Shown one piece after another: positions 1 to 15,245 of a DNA stretch of 64,000 nucleotides (position 1 is its first letter; each line of letters begins with the position of its first letter). The position numbers and the translations under genes are program-made. The DNA is from the human T2T-CHM13v2.0 reference genome, Homo sapiens. The notes beneath the pieces were generated by a model that had not been told where the DNA came from, searched no databases, and worked only from the letters and a program-made list of their open reading frames with translations. Location of the stretch: NCBI RefSeq assembly GCF_009914755.1, contig NC_060928.1, one strand, 5' to 3'.

Positions 1-251
1 GCAGTGGTACAATCCCCACTCATTGCAACTTCCACCTCCCGGGTTCGAGTGATTCTCCTGCCTCAGCCTCCTGAGTGGCTGGGATTACAGGCGCCTGCCA
101 CCATGCCAGGCTAATTTCTTTTTTTGTATTTTTAGTAGAGACGGGGTTTCACCATGTTGGTCAGGTTGGTCTCGAACTCCTGACCTCAAGTGATCCACCG
201 CCTTGGCCTCCCAAAGTGCTGGGATTACAGGCATAAGCCGCCACACCCGGT
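1..251 (-). mobile_element. Alu (AluS-type), truncated by window start
   Basis: Antisense Alu motifs: cctgcctcagcctcc, gtattttagtagagacgggg, ctcccaaagtgctgggattacagg. Confidence 0.9.
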
Positions 252-1297
252 TGTCTTATTCTATTTTGTAGCCATGTCCTTTCTTATAGCTACTTATTGT
301 TGACATTATGACTATTTCCTAGGCATTCTTGTGTTTTCCAAAGGTAGTAAGTTATAGCTAGATTTTGTTTTCCAGGAAAATAATCAAATTGAATTTTGGT
401 CTCTGCCTTTGTATTTCACTTGATTTCAGAGAGTAACCAGGAGGTCCATTTGGCACTGAAAATAAATAAAGGTTGAGAAGGAGGTGCCAGTCATAGCTGT
501 CTCTCAAATTTCATTTCCCATATGGGTCTCAGAAGGAAGTGCCTGCATTTTTACATTTCCTTCTGCACTGTTCTTGCATGTAGCCTGTGTCTTTAATCAA
601 CATAACAAGATCAGGTTGGTTCAATTACAGGAGGCTTTTTTCCTTGCCTACTGTCTGCAAGGTACTTATTGTAAGATTGATTATACAGGGAGATGACTTA
701 ATTGAAATGGCTGCACCATCAAGGTTGTCATATGTTCATTTAATTGTATACATGCTAAGCAAGAGATCGTCAGGACGACGAATCAATCAAAACATTATGG
801 GCAAGGCAGTCGGTGCTGAGGACAAGTATGGACAGCATAGAATCTTTACTCTTTAAAGAGTTTAATATGGTCCAATGATAAGACATAAACTCGAAGTAAA
901 GTTACTAGTTATACAGAGTAGTTCATCACATGGACCATCCAACCATAAAATTAAGTTTTATTTGTTTGTTTGCATGTCTATCAGATGATCAAGTCCCTTC
1001 AGGGCAGAATTCACATCTTTGAATTTTTGCAGTGTTTGATAGAATATAGTATATACTCAGTAGGCCAGAGGCCACCATGTTTGGCCTGCATAGTGATTTA
1101 AAAATCATTGTACTGACATTAAAAATTCAATAAAAATTTGCATTTCTGGCTTCTCTTAAGAAAACTGGAAGTTCTAATTGGCACTAGATGACATTTGGCT
1201 GGAGCTGAATGAAGGCTGCCTGCTATCAATGGGGGCGTGAGCTTATAGAAGACTATCATTTCTTTGTACTCATGTCTCTATCAAAAACAAGAAAACA

Positions 1298-1560
1298 GGC
1301 TGGGCGCAGTAGCCGATGCCTGTAATCCCAGCACTTTGGAAGCCGAAGCGGGTGAATCACTTGAGGTCAGGAGTTCAAGACCAGCCTGGGCAACGTGGTG
1401 AAACCCTGTCTCTACTAAAAATACAAAAATTAGCCAGTAAGGTGGTGCTTGAGCCCGGGAGGCAGGGGTTGCAGTGAGCCGAGATCCATGCCACTGTACT
1501 CCAGCTGGGGCAACAGAGTGAGACTCTGTCTCAAACAAACAAACAACAAAAAAAAAAACA
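1298..1560 (+). mobile_element. Alu with ~50 bp internal deletion in right arm
   Basis: ggctgggcgc...tgtaatcccagcac...; right arm jumps from ggtggtg to cttgagccc; flanking direct repeat aaaaacaagaaaaca/aaaaacaggaaaaca. Confidence 0.9.
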
Positions 1561-2084
1561 GGAAAACAAAGGATAGGCCAAGAAGACTTTTTTTTTTTTT
1601 GAATGAGAGAGAACTAAGGCTTATAGTCAGCTTATTCTGGTAAAAAATATTTCCATATTGGTTTGGAAATTACCATTGCCCAAGTCCCTGTGCACAGCCC
1701 TGCTGCCCTGAGCACTTACTTCAGTCTATCTTCTCCCTTCCCTCAGTCCAGCAGCACCTGGCTCCAGCACTACAGCCAGGAGGCATCCAACTGTGGAGCC
1801 CAGGCTGAAGGCCAGTTGTTAAATATTTTGAATATAACCTCTGGAGAAAATGTTTCTTTGTGCATAGAAGCATATTCCTACATCTTTTAATATGGGTCTG
1901 TCAGAAAAAATGCAAAATAAGACACCAATATGAAAGAAGCTACAGCTTTCTTAACATTTTCATGATACCTGCCTGGCCTATATAAGGATGTGAACTCATG
2001 ATTCCTAAAATATCCCAGTGCTTAATTGAATTGAGTAAGTGCCCTAGGAGCTAAGTGGAGGGAGTGATCATGCCTAGCTTTAAA

Positions 2085-2700
2085 GCGATTCCTCAGGGAT
2101 CTAGAACTAGAAATACCATTTGACCCAGCCATCCCATTACTGGGTATATACCCAAAGGACTATAAATCATGCTGCTATAAAGACACATGCACACGTATGT
2201 TTATTGCAGCATCATTCACAATAGCAAAGACTTGGAACCAACCCAAATGTCCAACAATGATAGATTGGATTAAGAAAATGTGGCACATATACACCATGGA
2301 ATACTATGCAGCCATAAAAAATGATGAGTTCATGTCCTTTGCAGGGACATGGATGAAATTGGAAATCATCATTCTCAGTAAACTATTGCAAGAACAAAAA
2401 ACCAAACACGGCATATTCTCACTCATAGGTGGGAACTGAACAATGAGAACACATGGACACAGGAAGGGGAACATCACACTCTGGGGACTGTTGTGGGTTG
2501 GGGGGAGGGGGGAGGGATAGCATTGGGAGATATACCTAATGCTAGATGACGAGTTAGTGGGTGCAGCGCACCAGCATGGCACATGTATACATATGTAACT
2601 AACCTGCACATTGTGCACATGTACCCTAAAACTTAAAGTATAATAATAATAATAATAATAATAAAGAAAAAAAAAACAAAAACAAAAAAACAAAAAAAAA
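2085..2700 (+). mobile_element. 5'-truncated young L1 (L1PA2-like): ORF2 C-terminus, 3' UTR and A-rich tail
   Basis: ORF 2197-2439 MFIAASFTIAKTWNQPKCP...FSLIGGN is the L1 ORF2 C-terminus; 3' UTR gatgacGAGttagtgggtgcagcgcaccagc carries the GAG diagnostic, not ACA/ACG. Confidence 0.9.
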
Positions 2701-3087
2701 GTGACAGAAGAAATTATTTTTAAGCTCCTAATTGTGTACTCTTTATGCTCTAAGCATTTCACAGACATCTCTTTTTAATCTTCAAAAAGCCTGAGGAGTT
2801 AACAACATTTTACAAATGAAAAAAAACTAAGTTCAGGGAAGTTAAGAACTTGCCCAACAACACCATGGTAGGTGGAGCTGGAATCAAAACCTAGATCTCT
2901 TAATCATTACCCTTTAACCATGCCCATCTTTTATTAACTAAAAACAAATAAAAACAACCCTCCCTCAAAACCACAAAAGGGTGGTCTGGGCCATGGTACA
3001 TAATGAAATTGCCAGATGTATTGGGAGTTGCTTAGTTAATCTGCTTGTGTCACGGAGTACTAGAGTCAGCGCTGGAGTTGAACTTAA

Positions 3088-3504
<417 letters not shown>

Positions 3505-6237
3505 TAGCTGGAATTGAGATATGTCTTTGATTACTACGATCTTCAAGCTTTTGGAGTCCAGTGGAAGCCAGGTCCATTAGTTTGGATGATTGTTCATCAA
3601 ATATTCACTGTCTTGTGGGCAGAATACACTTCCCCATCCCACTGAGTTGAGTTTGGCCATGTAATTTGCTTTGGCCAAAGGAATGGCAGCAGAGGTGTTG
3701 TGAGCAAAGATCTGAAGCATGCTTATGTGGCAGGGCTTGCTTTCTTGGTTTCTGCTAGTGTCATTTAAATAACATGGCCTGGTGGCCTGCTGATCTGAAT
3801 GAGGGCCTTGTGGAACAGACTGGGACCCATGTGTAACTTTCAAGATAATAGGGACGAGCCCTTGAGGAATAACAACTAACTATGTTAGAGTAGGGTTAGA
3901 GATCTTGACTGCCAATTTTTTTTTTTTAATTTATAGAATCAAAGTTGTTTAGTGAGATCTGGCAGGAGTTCTACTAGCCTCAGGTGACTGTGTGTGAATT
4001 ATGCTGGATTAAGTTTTGTAAGTACTGACACTATCTTGTGAATGGGCTGCTGCTAGGATGAAGATGAGGACAGAAGCTGTTTGATAGGCTAGATGGCTTC
4101 CCAACTCTGGTCTGCAGAAAATCCAGGTCATGATACCTAGCTGGCCCTGACTGGTGGGATGAGATGCTCTGAGATCAAGTTTTCAGAAAAAGAGCTCCTG
4201 ATTAAATAATTTGACCTAGGTAAATTCCAGAGATCTGCTGCAAACATTATTCTAATCTCCACACAACAAAGTAAATTCCAGTTGGATTATAAGTATAATA
4301 TGCCTGAAAAATCTTCTCTGACAATTTTGCCATCCATGGAGTTAAGGCACATATAAATAAAAGATTGGTGTAGTTGCACACGGGGAAAGCTGTTTTTTTT
4401 TTTAAGATTAAAAGAAGAAATTATAAAGGAAAATATTAATATATTTGATTGCCAAAAATTTAAATTGAGTGTATGTCAGGAACACTATAAAAAGAATAAA
4501 GATATGGATGAGAGCAGATTTCTTATCGGAAACAATGCAAATTCAAAATAATGGAGCAACATTTAAACAAACTGAAAATCTTTAAAACGGTCAGCCTAGA
4601 ATTCTTTATTGAGTAAAAATATATTTGAAAAACAAAGGCAAATAAAGACCTTTTCAATAAAGATTTGAAAGCATTCATCAGGAGTAGACCCAGAGTAGAA
4701 AAAATGTTCAAGGAAGTCCTTTAGAGGAAAAAATGAAACCAGATAGAAGTCTGGAGTAAGGAACAAAGAGCTCCAGAAATTTATGTAGGTTAAATATTTT
4801 TTCTTATATTTAAATCTCTTTAAAAGCAACATTGTGAAGCAAAGATAGTAAAAACATATTGTGGAAATTATATATAGGGGTAAAATGTAGGACAATACCT
4901 GCACAAAGGACAGAAGAGGGGAAAAAATGGGAGAACACCATTGTAAGGTTCTTATATTACAGGCAAGTAGTTTAATACCAAATAAAAATAGACTGTGATC
5001 TTAAGATATATACTGGAAATCCCAAAGCTAGAATTCTAGGATATCCACAGATTATTCGATATTCATAACGCACTTCTAAATAACCCATGGGACCAAGAAA
5101 AATCAAAATAGAAATAATTTTGACTCAACTAAAAATGAAAACATCACATATCAAAATTTGTGGGACGTAGCTAAAGCCATTTTTAGAGGCAAATTACTAA
5201 TTTATTATCAAGTTGCACTAAATGTCTATTAAAGAAGAAATGCCTCAAGTCATTGACTTCAGCTTCCCCTTTAAGAAACTTGCAAGAATGAATGAAATTG
5301 TAAGTAAGCAGAAGAAAGGAAATCATAAAGATCAGAGAAGAAATAAAGTAGGAAATGTAAAAATAATAGAGAAAAATCAATAAAACCAAAAGCTGGTTCT
5401 TTAACAACAATAAAATTGATTTAAAAAGATTTCTAGCCAGGCTGATCAGAAAAGAGAAGATATAAATTATCAGTGTCAATAATAAGAGAGGTGGCATTAC
5501 TACAGAGTCTATAGATACTAAAAGGATAATGAAACATTGTGAACAGCTTTATGCTAATAAACTACCAATACTCACTCAAAAAGCAATAGATAATGTGAAT
5601 AACCCTGCATCTATTAATGAAAGTAAACTTGTAATTAAATACCTTCCCATGAAAAAACTCCTGTTCAGATAGCTTCACTGGGGAATTCTATGAAACATTT
5701 ATGGAAGAAACAAAGCCAATTCTAAACAAACACTTCCAGAAGACGGAAGAGGAATAAATATCTCCCAATTCATTTTATGAGGCCCACATTACTCTAATAC
5801 CAAAACTAGACATCAACAATATAGCAAAAGAAAATAATAACCCAATATTCCTCATGAACATAGGTGTAAAATTTCTTAAAATTTTAGCAAATTGAATCCA
5901 AAATATATAAAAAAGACAATAAATCATGACAAAATGGAATTCATCCCACGAATGCAAAGTTGATTTAATATTAGAAAATCTACACAATTCTCCAAATTAA
6001 CAGATTAAAAAAGAAACCCATATGATCATCTCAGTAGATCCAGAAAAGGTCTTGGGCAAACTGGGAATAGAGAGAATTTCATCAACCTGGCATAGAGCAT
6101 TTATGAAAGATCTAGCAGCTTTATTTTTAATAGCCAAAAAGACAATCTAAGTGTCCATCAACAGATAAATGAATCCACATGATGGAATTCTACACAGCAA
6201 TGAAAAGGAATGAACCTTTCCCCACAGTTCACAAAAT

Positions 6238-6800
6238 TTTTTCTTTTTGTCTTATTTTTTAAAATAATGTCAACTTTTATTTGCGAGTACATGTGCAGGT
6301 TTGTTACACAGGTATATTGCCTGATGCTGAGGGTTTGCAGTACAAATGATCCCATCACCCAGGTAGTGAGCATAGTACTCAATAGGTAGTTTTTCAGCTT
6401 TAGTCTCCCTCCTCCCACACTCCTCCTCCTTCTAGTGGTCCCCAGTGTCTATTGTTCCCATCTTTACGTCTGTTTGAACCCAAGATTTAGTTCCCACTTA
6501 TAAGCGAGAATATATTACTTTGCTTAGGATAATGGCCTGCAGCTACATCCATGTTGCTGCAAACGACATGATTTCATTCTTGTTTAGAGCTGTGTAGGAG
6601 ACCATGATGTATATGTACCACATTTTCTCTATCCAATCCACTGTTGATGGGCACCTAGGTTGATTCCATGTAGTTGCTATTGTGATTGGTGCTGTGATGA
6701 ACATATGAGTGCATGTGTCTTTTTTGTAGAATGATTTATTTTTCCTTTGCATATACACCCACTAATGGGCTTGCTAGGTCGAATTGTAATTCTGTTTTTA
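6238..6800 (-). mobile_element. L1PA/L1PB-type 3' end inserted antisense into the L1M
   Basis: Minus ORF 6543-6758 ...TWNQPRCPSTVDWIEKMWYIY is ORF2 C-terminus; flanking direct repeat aggaatgaac at ~6206 and ~6803. Confidence 0.85.
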
Positions 6801-7039
6801 GTAGGAATGAACTTTTAATATATACAACGACATGGATAAGTCTCAAAATAATTATGCTGAAAAAAGACGTTAGACCAAAAATAAAAGTACATATTGTATG
6901 ATTCCTTTTATATAAAATTATAGAAATGCAAGTGAATCTATAATGAAACAGAAAGGAGATCAGCGGTTTCCTGGGTTGGGGAGAAGGGATGGGTGGAAAA
7001 GACAGATTACAAAGGGGGATGAAGAAGCTTTTGCGGTGA

Positions 7040-7297
7040 CAGACATTACACTTAGTAAATACTCCCTCTGTACTATGAACTTCTTAAGTGCTCTCCCAAG
7101 TATGATAACCTGATAACATAAAACAATATTCAGGGATTATGGCTTTTAGTCCAAAGAGCAATAAGAATTGGAATAGAGTCTAGAATGGTCCTGGGTAAGA
7201 TATTTGATTCATTAGGTCAGATCTTATTGTGGTCAAATTATGTAGGTGAGCCAAAGGCTCTGCCTTCTTAGTTGAGTATCTTATATACTTTTTGTTT
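7040..7297 (+). repeat. Copy 1 of a ~257 bp local direct duplication
   Basis: cagacattacacttagtaaatactcc...cttatatactttttgttt recurs at 8821-9076. Confidence 0.95.
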
Positions 7298-7830
7298 TAA
7301 TTATCTTGATAGTGGTGATGGTTTCATGAGTCAGTGTGGTTCAGAGAGTCAGAGGACAGATCAAAAAGTGCTCTGAAAAAGGAAGAGCAGAGGCTTCCAA
7401 CATTATGCAGACCTATATAAATATGAACAGAGGCACCCAGACTGTTGGTGAATACTCTAAACATCTGAAGACAGAGAATGAGAATCCCCTTTAATTATCT
7501 ATTGTGCCTGAAATCAAGGAAGTTACCGTTACAGCAAAGACCAGGGCAGGAAATATAGAATTAAAGACTCAGGACGATCAAGTGGCACTAAAGGGGAACT
7601 AATGCTTTTGAACACCTGCTGTGTGCCAGGCACTATGAGAGATGTTTTACATGTATCATCACTCTATGTGTTATAGTCTTGATGCACACTGTCTCTAAAC
7701 CTTATACCTACCCTATACATATACTTATTCTCAGTTAAAGATAAGGACCAGGAAGCTTTTTTAGGTTAAGTGACTTGTTTAAGGTCAACAAACAAGTAAA
7801 TAGTGTAATATAAGATGTGTAAAAGAATTA

Positions 7831-8232
<402 letters not shown>

Positions 8233-8820
8233 TTATTTAACTCCCCTCATAATATCAAGCTGAGATTTTCCAAGAGGAAGGTAAACTTCTTCTGGAGATG
8301 AGAATAAAGACCAGGAAGTTCAGTTTACACCTCCTGAATGAAAACTTTTCCTTTACTTTCAATTTTAGATAATTAAGATTTTATTTTTTTAAGGGAACTG
8401 GTACAGACCTGGTTTGTATAGCGTCTCTCAGGATGGAGTTGGGAAATTTAAGAAAACTCTTGCATGGTACTTGACTGCACTTCTCAATGGGAAAATGTAT
8501 TCTTTTAATATTTTTGCTTGGTAAGCCAATGTTCAGAGGGTAGTCAAATGAGTGAAAAGAGGCTGTATGGTGCATTCACGGCTGGGGCTTGGACATCAGG
8601 GGTACATTTTATACTTCAAGAGAGGAGAGTTGAATGCTGGGAGGAAAATATAGAGGTACTCTGTGGAAAGGGAATTATTTATTGAACTGCTTTCTAAAGA
8701 TTACAAAGGACACACTAGGCAGGAATTTTATTAGCCTTTGCATTTAAGTGGCCAGAGGCAGTTTTATTATTTCCAAGAAATGACCTGTCTCTCAGAAAAA
8801 AAGGCCACAGAAAGGATACT

Positions 8821-9076
8821 CAGACATTACACTTAGTAAATACTCCTTCTGTACTATGAACTTAAGTGCTCTCCCAAGTGTGATAACCTGATAACATAAA
8901 ACAATATTCAGGGATTATGGCTGTTAGTCCAAAGAGCAATTAAGAATTGGAATAGAGTCTAGAATGGTCCTGGGTAAGATATTCGATTCATTAGGTCAGA
9001 TCTTATTGTGGTCAAATTATGTAGGTTAGCCAAAGGCCTTGCCTTCTTAGTTTAGTGTCTTATATACTTTTTGTTT
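8821..9076 (+). repeat. Copy 2 (probable donor) of the ~257 bp duplication
   Basis: 9 substitutions and 2 small indels versus copy 1 by manual alignment. Confidence 0.95.
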
Positions 9077-9909
9077 CTTTAGAACCTGAATTAGTTTTGA
9101 GTACATTGCTTATTGATAATTCCATAATCCAGTAGCAATCAGGATGAAATCTTTAATTTTCTATGAATAAAGGAACACAATATACTTTAGTTTTTTATAA
9201 TACACTGTGTATTTTTTTTAATTCCCCCAGTTTCAAATGTTAGGTATTATTTTATCTTATTTCTAACACATTTACCTCTTAGGTTCTAGAACTTAGTTGG
9301 TTAATGTGAGGCTGCTACATTTGGTCTATCAACCTAACTGGAATCCCAACAAGATGTTGTTCCTGCTGCATTTCCAGTTACTCTGTGAGCACTCCAAAAA
9401 TACTGCTTGATGAAGGTAGGACAGATTAACCAGAGACTGATCCCATTGTTTTCATGTTTTTAAACTAGTTTTTCAATTATGAATGCTGTATTCCAAAAAT
9501 ATGGGAGGAAGGTAGAAGCATCATTAAAATTAAATTCATGGCTGGCTTCTGTTTTATAAATTGCATTGGCCAGCACCTCTTTTGGGCATTTTCCCAACAT
9601 GAAGCTTATTGGTGACACCACAACTGACTCTGAAGACAGGGTTAGTTCGTGTGATATCTCACCCTTACACAAATGGGCTTTCCTGAGTGAAAGCAACTTT
9701 TCATTGGTTCTAGAAATAGTCCCCATTTTAAAATATGTGGTACATAGTTACAAAGGTTGCTTGATTGTTGCTTTCTGAGATCTCTCTAATTTATTATTAT
9801 TTTAGATGAATGCAAGTGCCTATATAGTCAGACACAAATAATTATCTGCTCATGAATTATAGTGGGCTACTACTTCAATAGTTGTTGAACATTTTAAAAA
9901 ATAACTTGA

Positions 9910-10212
<303 letters not shown>

Positions 10213-11357
10213 CCTTGAGATTTAGACAAAAATTAATTATTTGTTTCTAAATATACTGTTATTCTCAATTTATGCCAAGAGAATAATAAAAACTAGTATT
10301 TGCAAGGTAAATCTTCAGACAAGATTCTGAAGTAGTTTTCATATATTTATATTGTGACAGTTTATTATGCCAAATACCATGTTAAGTTAGGTCTTTGAGA
10401 TACATTTTTTCATTTTATCCTTACAATGATCCAATGAGTAAATCTTATATTATCCAGATGTCACCTATAAATAGACTTAGAGTGAAGAATTGAAGAACAA
10501 AGAAATAGGCCAAAAATAGGGCATGCCCTAGGCAGCATCTCTCTCACCAGCAGTTCCCCTCAAAATGGGATTTCAAAGTCAGAGCAACTCAGCCATAGTC
10601 ACAGAATCATAAAATAGGAAAAATTGTTAGAGGAGACTCAACCTAGTGAAAACTAATATGATGATTATGGGAAAATAATTTAAATCACAAAATACTATGG
10701 ATAAAAGGACTCTGAATTATATCCAATCAGATTCATGCCTTACACTGAACTTCCACCGTCTATCTCTTTTCATTCATCTCTCTATGTCTTCATTTGCTAG
10801 AATTTTAATAGAATTTCAGATACAGAATTTGCTCACTTCCCTTCTTTTTTCCCCCTCCTCTTCAAGTTGAACATTTTTCTTGATCTTTTGGGAGGCAAAA
10901 GCTTAACTCAAAAAAAGAAGATGGATCTGTATCTGCATTTATAGGGATATTTGGTCTTTAAGTGGAACTGTATTAGTCCTAACCCCCAGTTAGCTCAGGG
11001 GAATTCATCTGCCTTAAGGAGAGAAACTCAGCACTTCCTATTTACTCTTGTGGTGGGGTAATATTTTGACATGTTAATCTCTTACTTCCCTATATTTTCC
11101 TCTTGCTCTTTCTCTCCATTCACACAGAAAGTAGGCTCCACGTTCATTGTCCCAGGGAAGGCATATGGCAAGGCAGAAAGTAGCTGAGTCTACAAGTCTT
11201 TCTGGCTTTTGTTTTCCAAAACCCTAACCCTTTAGAAGAAAGTGATTTCCAGACAGAGGGTTTTGAAGAAAAAAAAAAGGGAGAAGAAATTTTCTCCAAA
11301 CTGAAGAGGCTGAAAAGAAATATTATCTGGGTAGCAGGGGTAAGGAATGCTCACCCC

Positions 11358-11432
11358 TCGATGCCTTGTTAGAGTATACGATTCGATGCCTTGTTAGAGT
11401 ATACGATTTGATGCCTTGTTAGAGTATACGAT
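11358..11432. repeat. 3 x 25 bp tandem repeat (tcgatgccttgttagagtatacgat)
   Basis: Units at 11358, 11383, 11408; the third has a single C>T. Confidence 0.95.
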
Positions 11433-13055
11433 TCTCAAGCTGGGTACAAATCCAGGCAAAGGCAGAGGAAAGCTGATGAAAGACTGATGTTAAGTATCCC
11501 TACAACTCCCCCTAATGGGGGCTCAGAATCGGAAATTATGTTACTACAGACAACAGAAGGTTATATCTCTAGTACACTTGAGTTTGTGGATTGAGATCAC
11601 ATCTACCATACCAGTTAAAAATTTTTGTTATATTATATGGATATATGTAGCTATAATGACGTCCATCAAAAAACAAAACCTGGAAATAACCTAGTGCTTG
11701 ATTAAACCAATTATGATATACGCATATATAAAAACCAACTATTTGAAATATTTGTGAGATTGCTTAATTATATAAAGTTATTAAAATATTCTATGATATG
11801 AAAATACAAATTAGAAATATGGACAGTATGATCCAATTTTGAAAGAAAAAGGTACAAATAGGCATAAATAATAAACTTGAAGAACATATATAACATGAAT
11901 GACTTTAATTTTTCCCTTTAAATTTTTCTTCAGTTGTTAAATGTTCTATAAGTAACAGGTATTCTTCTTGTAATAAAAATAATACAATAAAAATAAAATA
12001 AAATGCAATTCATTTACACTGAAAATATGACATACTACTTTTATGGAGAAGGTCAGGGAGATAAGACGCCCACCCTTCTCAAACAATTCTGCTGACATGG
12101 TGACTGTAATAATTCCTATACCTGCTAGGCTATTATTGCCAAAATGATGCTTAAAGCAAAGCTGGAGAAAGAGCATGAAGATAAAAACATGAAATGTCAG
12201 AACTGGATAATAAGAAAAACTAAATATGCACAATTTGGAATGGAGAAAGAGAACAATAACCTTATACATTTTTTTGAATAATGTCTTATATAAAGGAGGT
12301 GCTTAGCAAAGAGTGAACAAGCCTGAAAACAAACAAGGAAAGGAAATTAATTGTCTAGCACTCTGGAATATAAAAAGGGCAAAGGAAGTTTTGCTTTATG
12401 AACTTGATATATTTTCCAAAGAAAACATTGGTGTATCCGTTAAGGAACTCCAACATATAGACTATTGAATGTCAGATGAGAATTTATGATAATTGGAGGC
12501 TATCTGGAGTACCCTGTTAGAAACTAGGATAAGGAATTCTGATTTTGACTTGATAATCAGAAGGTTTACATACCAATATATAATATTAGGATACTTCTGC
12601 TGTAAGTTTGGAGGACAACTAGATAGACTGAGGCAAAATGTACTCAAAGAAGAAAAATATTATAATATGGCAACATTTAATTTGAATTGTATTACATATT
12701 AAATGTATTTGAACTAGTTATTGCTCAGTGCTTTTCTATATTAACTAATACATGATAATTAAAGTAGGTAACTTACAATCACTCATTATTATTTAGCACT
12801 TAAATACTTCCTAGTGTCTCGATAACCGCACATAACATTAATGTCAGATATACTAATGGGAGACTAAATTTCATTAGCTGTAAATTCCACACACTATAAC
12901 TTCCAATGCCACTAAGAAACATTATTATATGTGCTCTGATCAAATTGCTTTACTTTCAGCTGTCCCTTGAACCTGAAAACAAATGTGGAATTCTTATGAA
13001 CATGAAACAACTCCACGTAAGCATTGTTTCTCTGCCTAGTTAAAATTGTACTCAC

Positions 13056-13551
13056 CCTTGGGAGTGTCACTGAGTTTATTTCTTTGAAGAATGAGCACCT
13101 TCAGCAATGGAAACCTGTTTCTGAAGCTGCTTCTGTGGCGTTTCACCCATGAGGACTTAGGACTGAGTAGATCCAATGAGAGGGAGTGGATGGCATTGTT
13201 GCTGAGGTTTAACACTTCCAAAGCATGTAAATATGCAAAAGGGCTTAAGGTTATTTTTGATATGAGATTGTTACTGAGGTCCAGATGTTTTATTTTCCAC
13301 TCTTCTTTTTTCGTGTGAGACTGTAAGAGAACTCTAAAGAAATTGAAACTTACATCCACAGTGGCTGCTGTCTGTGATATGTCCACAGGTATATCACACT
13401 TTCCGGTAAAAGAACAATTTGTCAGAATATATTCATTCCATTGGCATTCAGAATTGAATAAAATATTGCTTTTTCTTGATGCATTTGTCATTATTCCAGT
13501 AAAATAAAGACCTATAACTATGGTAATGACTCTGAAATAGAGGTTTTTCAT
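13056..13551 (-). CDS. LRRC66: Leucine-rich repeat-containing protein 66, first coding exon (496 nt, ends phase 1; gene continues left beyond window)
   Basis: MKNLYFRVITIVIGLYFTGIM: hydrophobic N-terminus, Cys cap, LRR motifs LDLSNNLI / LNLSNNAI / LILQRNKL; acceptor TTTTTCCAG|GCATT ATG (exon starts 13556); donor CAAGG|GTGAGT at 13055. Confidence 0.9.
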
Positions 13552-14769
13552 AATGCCTGGAAAAAGGAAAATGAATTGACTTATTCACAATAATATATAA
13601 AAACTAACAGCAATAAGCAGCAAATTTAATTTTCAATTTAAGATTTCGGAAAGTTATCTTGTCTTGGTTGCCAATTTAAGCGAATGTTTGATTTCTTACT
13701 GGGGCATGAAAATGTAGCTACCAAAATGAAATAGCCATAGTATAAAATTACATTTATGTCACATTTTAAAGAAAGGACTCCCCTGATTTTTCAGAAAATA
13801 CATATTCAGTTAGGCCTCACCTCTGCATCTGCTTTTCCAGTAGTTTTCACTCCACAGTGTGCTTTGGGATGAATGAAACCTTACCAAGATTAAAGACTTC
13901 CCTGTTTCTTTGCAGGCCATTAATACAGAGCAAAGTCTATTATGCTTATCTACAACATAGTAATCAACCATGTAGTTTATTACATAAATGACAACCAGTT
14001 ACACTAAACCGTGACCCTCCATAACTCTATGAGTAAAAAGTTTAACTCACAAAAGAGGCTCTTACTTTTCATGACTAGAAGAAATACAAGTTTTGCTGTG
14101 TGGCTTGTGTGACTTTTCAAATCATTATGAAATCATTTAGATACATACAACATAATGTGTTATCAAATACATGTTCTGGCTCCAAGCCATGAAGATGTAA
14201 TACGATACAGAAACATTGAGTATCTTTTGTACCAAACATTTTTGAGAAAAAATTCAAAGTTTTTAAAAAGAAGTGTGTACAAATTACAATGGCTGAATGT
14301 ATCACAAAAATAAGTTTAAAAATGGGTAATTTTTGTGATTTGTTTTAAACTAAATTCCACTTAAAAGCCACTGTGTGTACAAATAATCACATTATTGAGT
14401 ATATGAGTTTCCAAGAAATTGTCCCTTCCTTTCTGTTCTAATGGCACTCAGTTTAGTTTTCATCACTGCAGTCTGAAATACTAAAATGGCTTAACTGACT
14501 TTCTTGCCTCTGCCTCTTGACTTTCCTTCTTTGTGATCCATCCTAGGTGACTCCAAAGGATTATTTTCCTACAATAACGTATTTCCTATATTATTCCTTC
14601 ATTTGAAATCCTCAAAGGGCTCCTTATTGCCTATAGTCCAAATCCCTCAGGTTGGTATTCAAAGCCTGTGTTATCTAGGTAAACTTAATGACCTAGCTTG
14701 ATAAGTTCATGTGGAGCCACTACAAGATGTGGCTTCTGCAAAGAATGATCTATGCATATCGCATACTGA

Positions 14770-15245
<476 letters not shown>

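Larger units (their letters stand above)
4400..7330 (+). mobile_element. Old fragmented L1M (ORF1-end, ORF2 and 3' end pieces), interrupted by younger inserts
   Basis: A-rich degenerate L1 motifs (aaaatcaataaaaccaaaagctggttcttt, cattttatgaggccc, gattccttttatataaaat); boundaries approximate. Confidence 0.7.

Noticed and set aside
11358-11432. CRISPR-like appearance of 25 bp repeats
   Set aside because: No spacers, no cas genes, eukaryotic context.
13036-13055. ORF track extends LRRC66 to a stop at 13036 (171 aa)
   Set aside because: Read-through past a consensus GTGAGT donor; the LRR array is incomplete, so the gene splices onward.
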